64,000 bases of DNA from a virus (Duplodnaviria > Caudoviricetes): IMG/VR virus record IMGVR_UViG_3300032038_000036, positions 36,727-100,726 of that record; one strand, written 5' to 3'. The notes below the pieces were generated by a model. It was not told the DNA's origin. It worked only from the letters and a program-made list of their open reading frames with translations, and ran no database searches. This document shows positions 28,859 to 36,715 of the stretch, piece by piece. Made by a program: the position numbers and the translations under genes. Within the stretch, counting starts at the first letter, position 1; the number at the start of each line of letters is the position of its first letter.

Positions 28859-29097
28859 CTCGTGCCAAGGTAGAGCGATGCAAGCCAGTATCTTGTGCTA
28901 GTCTTTCGCCATGTAGATGACGGGAAGTAATGTAAAATCATTGCAACATGGTACAAGCCCTCCCTATTCGGAACACGTAAGTGGTAAAGGTAAGGACTTT
29001 ATAACCGAAAGGTGAATTTGATAAGGATGCCGAATAGCCGAAAATGTATGAAATTGAAGTGAGTAGGTGAGTTACCAGTCTCGAAATACTGGTTAAT

Positions 29098-29170
29098 GCG
29101 TCTCTGGTCTAATGGTTAAGGCACTGGACTCCAAACCCAGTAGATGAGGGTTCGACTCCTTCGGGGCGCG
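29098..29170 (+). tRNA. tRNA-Trp(CCA)
   Basis: loop CTCCAAA, G73. Confidence 0.85.
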
Positions 29171-29302
29171 CTTATTATTTTGATAGTTCTGAAAAATTTT
29201 AATCAGAATGGGCGACATTGACTTGCTTAGCCCAGTGTTGAAATGCAGACCATTTAGGTAATCCTGCAAAGTATAATCTAAAAAAATCGAGGAGTCAAAT
29301 AT

Positions 29303-29442
29303 GGGTAGGTAACATAAAAAACGATTTAAAACTTCGGTCGTTGTTCTCCGTAAGGTAGTGTAGATTGTGAGTTACTTCAAAGGATTAATGTATTTGTCTG
29401 TTAAACAAAAGAGTGTTGGTTCGAGTCCAACCCTACCCGCCA
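29303..29442 (+). tRNA. tRNA-Asn(GUU) with module in D loop
   Basis: GGGTAGG/CCTACCC-G-CCA; TTTGT-CTGTTAA-ACAAA; module 29331-29378. Confidence 0.8.
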
Positions 29443-29537
29443 CTTATAAGGGAACCGAGTTATGGGGTACTCGGGGATAGGAAAGTTTGGAAACGTATTT
29501 GTCCTGTAAATCAGTCTTTCAAATAAACAACCCTTAT

Positions 29538-29608
29538 GGAGCATTAGGCTAACGGTAAACTGCTCCCGTGCTCTGGGAGTGTTCGAGGTTCAATTCCTTG
29601 GTGTTCCG
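29538..29608 (+). tRNA. tRNA-Ser(GCU)-like with short variable loop
   Basis: CTCCC-GTGCTCT-GGGAG. Confidence 0.6.
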
Positions 29609-29614
29609 CAAATT

Positions 29615-29744
29615 GGTGACGTAGCTAAACGGTAGATAAACGACTTTATTCGCTGTTACTCAGAAATGATGTTGTAGAACAGAGTTACTTCAAAGCATTA
29701 ATCAGTCAAATTAAGGAAAGTTGGTTCGACTCCAACCGTCACCG
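29615..29744 (+). tRNA. tRNA-Asp(GUC)-like with module in D loop
   Basis: TTAAT-CAGTCAA-ATTAA (A33); module 29643-29691. Confidence 0.7.
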
Positions 29745-29781
29745 CAATAATAAATTTTTGAAAATTTTATATTTTCAATAT

Positions 29782-29929
29782 TGGGTAGAAGTATAAGGGT
29801 AAAACAAATTTCAAAATGACTTTATTCGCTGTTACTCAGAAATGATGTTGTAGAACAGAGTTACTTCAAATTTAAATGTACATTTCGTCGTAATCGAAAG
29901 AGATGGTGGTTCGAGTCCACCCTACCCAA
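29782..29929 (+). tRNA. tRNA-like RNA (GUA or CGU anticodon) with module in D loop
   Basis: TTTCG-TCGTAAT-CGAAA; module 29819-29867. Confidence 0.65.
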
Positions 29930-29998
29930 CAATTCTCGTCGAGCAGCTGGTTTTCAGGGGCTTGTCACCAGCTGGGAACAAAAAAGACCGCCCACCAT

Positions 29999-30085
29999 GT
30001 GTCTATGGCCGAGTGGTTGAAGGCAGCAGACTGTTAATCTGCCGTGGAGAAATCCCCATCGTAGGTTCGATCCCTACTGGGCACG
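29999..30085 (+). tRNA. tRNA-Asn(GUU) with class II variable arm
   Basis: GCAGA-CTGTTAA-TCTGC; long V arm. Confidence 0.82.
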
Positions 30086-30092
30086 CCCTAAG

Positions 30093-30201
30093 TACTCTAT
30101 GGTGAAATTGGAAACTGACTTGAAGGCCAAAAGTTAGTAATACACGGAGGAACTGTAAACCTCTGCTTTAATGCATCTCGGTTCGAATCCGAGTAGAGTA
30201 C
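30093..30201 (+). tRNA. tRNA-Tyr(GUA)-like with extra hairpin in D loop and enlarged anticodon loop
   Basis: ACTGACTT..AAGTTAGT insert; GGAGG-AACTGTAAA-CCTCT. Confidence 0.6.
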
Positions 30202-30223
30202 TATGTTATATTCTTGCAAGAAT

Positions 30224-30295
30224 CGGGATTTGGTGTAATGGTAAGCACGGGGTTGTATTTGCGCAACCAGGTGAAGTTCGAATCTTCGGTCCCAA
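30224..30295 (+). ncRNA. tRNA-like RNA with 8-nt anticodon loop
   Basis: GGTTG-TATTTGCG-CAACC; D and T arms present. Confidence 0.55.
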
Positions 30296-30562
30296 CAAAT
30301 AACTATCGGTGTCCGAGTGAAACGGATATGTTTCTATATTGATGTGTCGGCGGACTGTGTTAAGACTTAGAATTAGGGCGCTACTTATCGACGGATAAGC
30401 AATCTTGAAAGGGGTACTTAACAGCATCAAGAAATAAACAAGGTTAAAAGTCAAGCAAGCCCGGGATAAAGTGAGGAACTAAGTTACTTGTTTTGGAAAC
30501 GATCACGGCAGGGATATAGCACCTGCAAATAATGGGTTCGACTCCCATGGCCGCTACAAGAT

Positions 30563-30700
30563 TGCCATTTAGCTCAGTCGGGTAGAGCACGTAACAATAC
30601 TTTTGTCGCTGGTTACGTAATATCATTAATTACTGTTGAAGATGAGAGTTACTTCAGCCTTTTAAGCTCGGGGTCGTGGGTTCGAGCCCCACAGTGGCAA
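30563..30700 (+). tRNA. tRNA-Lys(UUU) with 64-nt module insert in anticodon stem
   Basis: removing 30592-30655 restores CGAGC-CTTTTAA-GCTCG. Confidence 0.78.
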
Positions 30701-30827
30701 CTAATAAAAATATATCAGCATCTAAAACAGGGCCGAAGGAGAAACAATAGGCGCGCATTGTTCAATGGTTTGGGTCTGTCCGATGAGAAAAATCTTTGAG
30801 GCTAAGCCATGATGGATATATTTTTTC

Positions 30828-30865
30828 TTTGAAATTTTATTTATATAAAACTATATTATTATTGT
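30828..30865 (+). promoter_or_regulatory. putative promoter of last tRNA block
   Basis: TTTGAAAT...ACTATATTATTATTG. Confidence 0.45.
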
Positions 30866-30882
30866 TAATAAACAAACAGTTT

Positions 30883-30955
30883 GGGATGTAGGTCAAACGG
30901 TTAAGATGTCTGCCTGTCACGCAGCACGGAGCGGGTTCAACTCCCGTACGTCCCG
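30883..30955 (+). tRNA. tRNA-Asp(GUC)
   Basis: loop CTGTCAC. Confidence 0.85.
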
Positions 30956-31152
30956 CATAATATTGTTAAAAAGATGACATGCTCCTAAGGTAGGAATAAA
31001 TCTTTTTATGCAAGAGTCAATAACGATGGTTCTGATAGAATAAAAATTAAATTCAGAGAAATTAGATATTCAGCGCATGCGGGCTATCGTGGGAAGTACA
31101 ACCACAATTAGGGCGAGGCATAGTTGTTATTGCACAATATTATTTCTTCGTT

Positions 31153-31226
31153 GGGCCCGTAGCTCAGTTGGTTAGAGCAGCAGACTCATAATCTGAAGGT
31201 CGTGGGTTCAATCCCCTCCGGGCCCA
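31153..31226 (+). tRNA. tRNA-CAU (Ile2-like body)
   Basis: GGGCCCG/CGGGCCC; loop CTCATAA. Confidence 0.88.
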
Positions 31227-31245
31227 CAAATTATTATTAATATAT

Positions 31246-31316
31246 CGCGGTGGTAGAGCAATGGTAGCTCGTAAGGCTCATAACCTTGAGACGCAGTTCG
31301 AATCTGACGGCCGCAA
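31246..31316 (+). tRNA. initiator-like tRNA-Met(CAU)
   Basis: C1:A72; GTAGAGCAATGGTAGCTC D arm. Confidence 0.75.
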
Positions 31317-31323
31317 CTAATAT

Positions 31324-31394
31324 CGTGGGATAGTGTAAAGGTAACATTAAAGGCTCATAACCTTTAGCTTCTGGTTCGACTCCAGATCCCGCAA
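31324..31394 (+). tRNA. initiator-like tRNA-Met(CAU)
   Basis: C1:A72; AAAGG-CTCATAA-CCTTT. Confidence 0.8.
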
Positions 31395-31644
31395 CTCCGA
31401 GCCCGTAATAGGGACACGTACCTGACGTAAGCGGAAACGATAGGTAAAATGAATTGGGAGGCTCAGTAAGCTTTGTGGTAATACACGCTAGCCTATCTAC
31501 CTATGCCGAACGACTCTTAACCAATTCAATGAGAAATTTATCAGGTTGTTCTCATATTTTTATAAAGAACTTAAATAGATCACGTGGAGGCAGACCACCC
31601 GACCGGAGTAATTAACCGGAAATATGCATTAGTTCTTTATATTT

Positions 31645-31727
31645 GCCGGAATGGGACAGTGGTCGACTCCACTTGACTTGTAATCATGCTCCGTAAGGAC
31701 GCGTCAGTTCGAATCTGACTTCCGGCT
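31645..31727 (+). tRNA. tRNA-Thr(UGU) with class II variable arm
   Basis: loop CTTGTAA; V arm TCC-GTAA-GGA. Confidence 0.78.
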
Positions 31728-31916
31728 CTATCGTGTACATACCACTTGCTGGATTATCTGCACGTAAAAAATCAAAAGAGGTCGCGCCTCAACGTAACGT
31801 TAGTAATCCCTGAATAAATATGTGAGTGAGAGCGTATTCTATTGTTTGTTCAAATTGACTATTCTATCGTAAGTGAGAAAGTTTTTCTGTTTCGGTAACA
31901 ACTTAAAACAGTATTT

Positions 31917-31989
31917 GGGGTCATGGTATAGTCGGCTAACACTTCTGCCTTGCACGCAGAGATCCCGGGTTCGAAGCCCGGTGGCTCCA
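31917..31989 (+). tRNA. tRNA-Ala(UGC)
   Basis: TCTGC-CTTGCAC-GCAGA; G3.U70. Confidence 0.88.
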
Positions 31990-32247
31990 CACAGAACATA
32001 CTACTAAGTATGAGAAATACAAAAAGTTAAGTACTGGAAATTGGCTTCTAAACGGCGGATTTGTTCCGTGTTAGTTGGAAGAGAAAACTGGGGTACAGGC
32101 TATAAAACTCTGATATCGGAGATGCCCAGGGCTTAAGCACGCGAAGGCCGTGTACAGGAATACTGTAGGTGACAGTGATACGTCTGCATGGAATATATAC
32201 AGTAAGCAATCTTAACCCATACTTAGCAAGTGGACTGTCAATATACT

Positions 32248-32358
32248 AAACAAACCTTGTTGTATTATAGAGATACTTCATATTTTTATTGTTTGTTTGA
32301 TTTTTATTTTATTACGATTACATTTTTATTTCTTTATAAGAGTGTTACGGGTTTGTTT
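32248..32358 (+). ncRNA. Y-RNA-like module RNA 6 with U-rich loop
   Basis: AAACAAACCT-T-GT-TGTA-TTATAGAGA-TACTTC...TCTTTATAA-GAGTGTT-AC-GGGTTTGTTT. Confidence 0.7.
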
Positions 32359-32379
32359 ATTTTTTTAAGAGAAAAATAT

Positions 32380-32451
32380 TGGGCTATCGTATAACGGTTA
32401 TTACACAAGATTTTGGTCCTTGTAATGCAGGTCCGATTCCTGCTGGCCCAA
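32380..32451 (+). tRNA. tRNA-Gln(UUG)
   Basis: loop TTTTGGT. Confidence 0.85.
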
Positions 32452-32842
32452 CTAATTAACTTGCTTAACATAGTTCATGACACTGGTTACCGTTTTAGCA
32501 ATTGTAGGTATACATGCAATGAGGTTATCGGAGAAGAATCAAGGAACCGATGATTTAAAAATATGATTTAAATCAGACTTCACCAGAAGCAAGTTTTTAA
32601 TATAATTTGATGAGTACAGGCCTCTGAGTAGTACTGGGGTAAGTAATAAGCAAATGTCGACTTCTTCTTATTACGTTGGTTGGATCTAAGAAATAGTCCT
32701 CGCCCAGTGAAATGAGTTGAGTTTCGTGAGAGCTCATAAGGTGCAACGCAACAGAAGAGTAAAATCTCAAAGAGATAATGCAATCCGCGTTTTCTAGCCG
32801 TGGTTTCTTCAGTCCGTAGCTCGCAAATTTACTCATCAATAT

Positions 32843-32914
32843 ACGGACTTAGTATAACGGTTATTATGACGGTCTCCAAAACCGTGGATGTGGGTTCGAT
32901 TCCTGCAGTCCGTG
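32843..32914 (+). tRNA. tRNA-Trp(CCA)
   Basis: ACGGT-CTCCAAA-ACCGT. Confidence 0.9.
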
Positions 32915-32998
32915 CTTAATATAAATAATGGAAAATAAATTCATCACTTATGGGAAGTTATTTATATTTAAGGGACGCTGCGTGATGAACAGTGTAAA

Positions 32999-33067
32999 AG
33001 GCTATTAGTATATCGGTTAGTATGCTTGGTAGTGCAAGAGAGGCGGGTTCGACTCCCGTATAGCTTT
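32999..33067 (+). ncRNA. tRNA-like RNA with truncated anticodon arm
   Basis: CTTG-GTAGTG-CAAG (4-bp stem, 6-nt loop); intact D and T arms. Confidence 0.6.
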
Positions 33068-33092
33068 CAAATTTTGTTGTATCAATTTATTT

Positions 33093-33166
33093 GTCCCATT
33101 GGTATAGAGATTGTGCCGCTGCTTCTAAACCAGCTGAGGTGGGTTTGAGTCCTACATGGGGCACCA
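33093..33166 (+). tRNA. amber suppressor tRNA (CUA)
   Basis: GTCCCAT/ATGGGGC-A-CCA; GCTGC-TTCTAAA-CCAGC, anticodon CTA at 33125-33127. Confidence 0.8.
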
Positions 33167-33289
33167 AAGGAAGAGTTCAGGTTAGAATCCTGTTTGAAAA
33201 CGGACTACACATCAAGGTTTGCCCGTTTGGTGTATAGAATTTGAAACAGCACGCCTTTTATTTACTAACAAATTAATTAAATTAAAATT

Positions 33290-33331
33290 ATGAAACAATT
33301 TTGGTAGATTTTTGAAGATGGTTTTCCGTAA
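33290..33331 (+). promoter_or_regulatory. leader mini-ORF MKQFW(TAG)IFEDGFP(TAA) with downstream alternative hairpins
   Basis: strong A-rich start context; competing TGTTCAA/TTGAACA pairings at 33351-33411. Confidence 0.5.
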
Positions 33332-33443
33332 ATAGATTTGTTTATTAAATCTGTTCAATATTTTCTATGTGTTCAACAATATTTGAACAGAACGTTTTCT
33401 TGAACACAGAAACATTATAAACAAAAAATATTTATTTACAATT

Positions 33444-33908
33444 ATGGAAAACAAAGAATTTAGAAACGCTTTATTAGAAGCAATCAAGAACGAATTAAAA
33501 GATTTCACTCAAATTCAAAAGGATTTAAAGAAATCACGTAAGGAACAATATCGTCCAAAAGGAAAAGCATTACAAGATATTGTTGATGAAGCTAAAAGTA
33601 ATGCAGCAAAAATTGAAACTCTTATTTATTATTATCGTTGGTTGAAGCACGGTTTGAAATACTGGGCTAATAGAGGTATTCATAACTTTAAGGAATATAA
33701 GTTCTTAAAATTAAACGATAAAGGCTTTGATGCTGATGACTATTATTTCAAGAACTGGGATAAAGTTATTGATTACGGAACAAACAAAGGTAAAACTCAC
33801 GGTGAACTTTTAATGCAATATTCAAAGACTTATTATATTAACAAATGTAATGAGTATGGAATTGAAGTATCAGAAAGTAATGTTAAGTATATCATTGAAA
33901 ATAAATAA
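33444..33908 (+). CDS. hypothetical protein
   Basis: 154 aa ORF. Confidence 0.7.
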   Translation: MENKEFRNALLEAIKNELKDFTQIQKDLKKSRKEQYRPKGKALQDIVDEAKSNAAKIETLIYYYRWLKHGLKYWANRGIHNFKEYKFLKLNDKGFDADDYYFKNWDKVIDYGTNKGKTHGELLMQYSKTYYINKCNEYGIEVSESNVKYIIENK

Positions 33909-33920
33909 ACGATAATAATT

Positions 33921-34331
33921 ATGGATAAGGAATATATTTTAGATTTAATTAAAAAGAGTGACGAGTTTAATCATATGTACACTCATGAAGGAGAAGACTT
34001 TGTAATTGATGCAACAACTAAAGAACAGTTTTTAGCATTCAAAGATTTCGTTAAGTCTAAATCTCATCACCACTATGTATATGTTGCTTATTATGCATTC
34101 AAGCATCGTATTGGATGTGATTTTGAAAATGGTGAATTGGTTGATAATTTGAAGTTAAGAGAGTATCTTGATAATGAAATTGTCAAATGTTATAAAATGC
34201 TTTACCATGGAGAAAATTCATGGGCTTATGGAGGTGGTGGTGATTGTATGAAATATGAAGCAATCCCAAGATTTAAGAGAAAAGTAATTGAAACATACAA
34301 TAAATTTGCTACATTAAAAAATGAAAAATAA
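33921..34331 (+). CDS. hypothetical protein
   Basis: 136 aa ORF. Confidence 0.7.
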   Translation: MDKEYILDLIKKSDEFNHMYTHEGEDFVIDATTKEQFLAFKDFVKSKSHHHYVYVAYYAFKHRIGCDFENGELVDNLKLREYLDNEIVKCYKMLYHGENSWAYGGGGDCMKYEAIPRFKRKVIETYNKFATLKNEK

Positions 34332-34665
34332 ATTATATATTTTAACAGATAAAACATTAGATCCTATATATGCTGCTGTTCAAGGTGGTCATGCTGTTGC
34401 AGAATGGTTACTTGAAAATTGGTAGATACAAGGAAATGGAGATCCTGCTTTGGAATGGAGAAATGATTATCTTATTTATTTGTCAGCTGATGTAAATGAG
34501 TGGTATGAAAGACTTGCACCATTTGATCCATCAAAATATAAATGGACATATTTTACAGAACCAGATTTAGATAATAAATTAACGGCAATTGCAATATATG
34601 AACATGATTTTCCTGGGATTATAAAGAGAAAATTGAAAAATGAGAAATTATTAGAGAGGAATTAA
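34321..34665 (+). CDS. peptidyl-tRNA hydrolase type 2 (Pth2)-like protein with in-frame TAG at 34423-34425
   Basis: KLYILTD..L...AAVQGGHAVAEW before the TAG and FTEPDLDNKLTAIAI after it in the same frame (114 aa if read through). Confidence 0.7.
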
Positions 34666-34762
34666 CTTCCTCTCTTTTATTTTTAAACATATTGAGCACA
34701 CCGTACTATATTTATTTTTAAATATATATCAATGTTCAATTAACAAAAATATTAAAAATATT

Positions 34763-36541
34763 ATGAAAAAGCATTTATTATATCTTTTGATAGTTTGTAT
34801 GTTTTTATTTTCATCTTGTATGAAACATGATTTTAATGAAAACAATGAACAACAAATAAAAGATAATGTTGAAACAGTATTTGGCACTAATTTTCCAAAT
34901 ACTCAAGATTGGTGTACTACAATAAATAGTTCAGTAAATGTATTTGCAAATACATCTGAAAATATTGTTAAAGTACAAGTGCTTATGTCAAGTGTAAATA
35001 GAAATGATTCATCTATTAATATAACAAGTCTTAATGAAGCAAATATTAGTAAAAATGAAAAAATATCAATTACATTTGATGTTCCCGAAAATTATGAAGC
35101 TTTATTTATTGCTTTCATAAACGATAAAGGTCAATATTTCTACAAGCCGTTTAAAATTGGTGATAAAGAAGTAAATTTTAATAATGTTCAAAAAGCTAGA
35201 ACAAGATCCGTAAGTGTTTCATTACCTTCTGATGCAAGTTTTACAATAAATGGTACAGTTGAAACATTTGCAAATCAAAGAGGTTGGCTTCCTGGTGAAG
35301 TATTTTATAATTTTGATAATACATCATATACACCTGAAGTATATACAACTGATTTTATAACTGTATTCAATAATGTTATATTCAATTACTTTAAAAATGG
35401 TCGTGCATATAATAATTTACCATTGATTAAGAAAAGTGGATATTACAATGAATTATCTTATCCTATAACAACAGGAGATGAACCTATTATTGTATCTCCT
35501 GTATATAAGAATGATGGTGGTTATAAAGAAATTGCATTTGCTGATTTATATTACTATTATTATAAAGGTGATTTATCAGTAGCAGAAATTGAAGCATTAC
35601 CAAAATATAAAGCTATTGATCTTAGCACAGTATTTACAAATGAAGATAATAATGTTACTTACAAACGTGCTTCTTATGGTTTAGTATATTTTGGAGATGG
35701 AACTCCAGAAGTAGGTACCGTTGGCACATACAAATTCCCAATTGGATATAAGATTGGATTCTGTTATAAATCAAACACAACCACAGATAATAAAAAGAAA
35801 CAAGGTGAACTTTATGGAGATGGCCGTTTGAATTATAATATTAACAATTGGGGTAATTTCAAAACATCTAAATTAGAAGCTACTGCACCTCGTATGGCTT
35901 GGATGACAGTTGATAATAGAATGTTCTTATGTGTAGAATCAGGTACTGATGCAGACTTCAATGATTTGATTCTTGAAGTTGAAGGTGGTATTGAACCAAT
36001 TATAATTCCACCAATATATGAAACTAATTTCTATACATTCTGTTTTGAAGATAGACGTCTTGGTGATTATGATATGAATGATGTTGTATTAAAAGGAACT
36101 AGACTTTCAGAAACAACAGTAGAATGGACTTTAATGGCTACTGGAGCAACTGATGAACTTTATATATACAATATTGAAGGTGAACATATTAAAAATACTG
36201 CTGAAGTACATGATATTTTAGGAAAGCCACGTGGAACGTTTATTAATACACAAAGCGGTGATAATACTCCTTATGTTACTGATATTGTAAGAGTTGCAAA
36301 AACATTTAGTTTCTTAGATGTAACAACACAACCTTACATATTTGATAAAAATATGAATTGGGATGTACATATTTCTCGTATAGGACAAGATCCACATGCT
36401 ATTATGATTCCTTATGATTTTAGATGGCCTCTTGAAAAAATTTGTATTAATAAAGCATACTTACAATTTAATTCTTGGGGAATTGGTTCAATTGAAGATA
36501 ATGATTGGTACAAATATCCAGAATTAGATAAAGTTTTTTGA
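34763..36541 (+). CDS. Bacteroidetes-type lipoprotein with LruC/DUF4842-like C-terminal domain
   Basis: lipobox FSSC; DADFNDL; FED..GDYDMNDVV; WPLE..I..AY..F..W. Confidence 0.7.
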   Translation: MKKHLLYLLIVCMFLFSSCMKHDFNENNEQQIKDNVETVFGTNFPNTQDWCTTINSSVNVFANTSENIVKVQVLMSSVNRNDSSINITSLNEANISKNEKISITFDVPENYEALFIAFINDKGQYFYKPFKIGDKEVNFNNVQKARTRSVSVSLPSDASFTINGTVETFANQRGWLPGEVFYNFDNTSYTPEVYTTDFITVFNNVIFNYFKNGRAYNNLPLIKKSGYYNELSYPITTGDEPIIVSPVYKNDGGYKEIAFADLYYYYYKGDLSVAEIEALPKYKAIDLSTVFTNEDNNVTYKRASYGLVYFGDGTPEVGTVGTYKFPIGYKIGFCYKSNTTTDNKKKQGELYGDGRLNYNINNWGNFKTSKLEATAPRMAWMTVDNRMFLCVESGTDADFNDLILEVEGGIEPIIIPPIYETNFYTFCFEDRRLGDYDMNDVVLKGTRLSETTVEWTLMATGATDELYIYNIEGEHIKNTAEVHDILGKPRGTFINTQSGDNTPYVTDIVRVAKTFSFLDVTTQPYIFDKNMNWDVHISRIGQDPHAIMIPYDFRWPLEKICINKAYLQFNSWGIGSIEDNDWYKYPELDKVF

Positions 36542-36715
36542 AAAAATATTTAACAAATTCTATATAAAAATATCGGGACAATCTCGATATTTTTTTATTA
36601 TTAATTAACAATAAGCGTTAGTGTTTTGGTACAGAGGTAATAAACGCTTACCTTTAAGAGTTGTAACAGACTCGAGTTGTATTAGAACAAATTAAAAAAT
36701 ATAAAGCTTAACATT

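Noticed and set aside
14553-32358. GAGTTACTTC repeats as a CRISPR array
   Set aside because: Irregular spacing, variable and permuted flanks, no cas genes; explained by a structured RNA module.
14385-32839. Many 60-115 aa ORFs in the ORF track within the RNA island
   Set aside because: They overlap tRNAs or are antisense to them (GFEP/GIEP-type translations of T arms); only 19212, 20178, 20535 and 23161 look like real genes.
32607-32839. RNase P RNA (AGAAATAGTCC and GCAACAGAAGAG resemble conserved regions)
   Set aside because: No matching 3' P4 strand seen; left as an unknown structured RNA pending Rfam.
34450-34665. 71 aa TTG-start ORF as a stand-alone gene
   Set aside because: It is the 3' part of the Pth2-like frame starting at ATG 34321.
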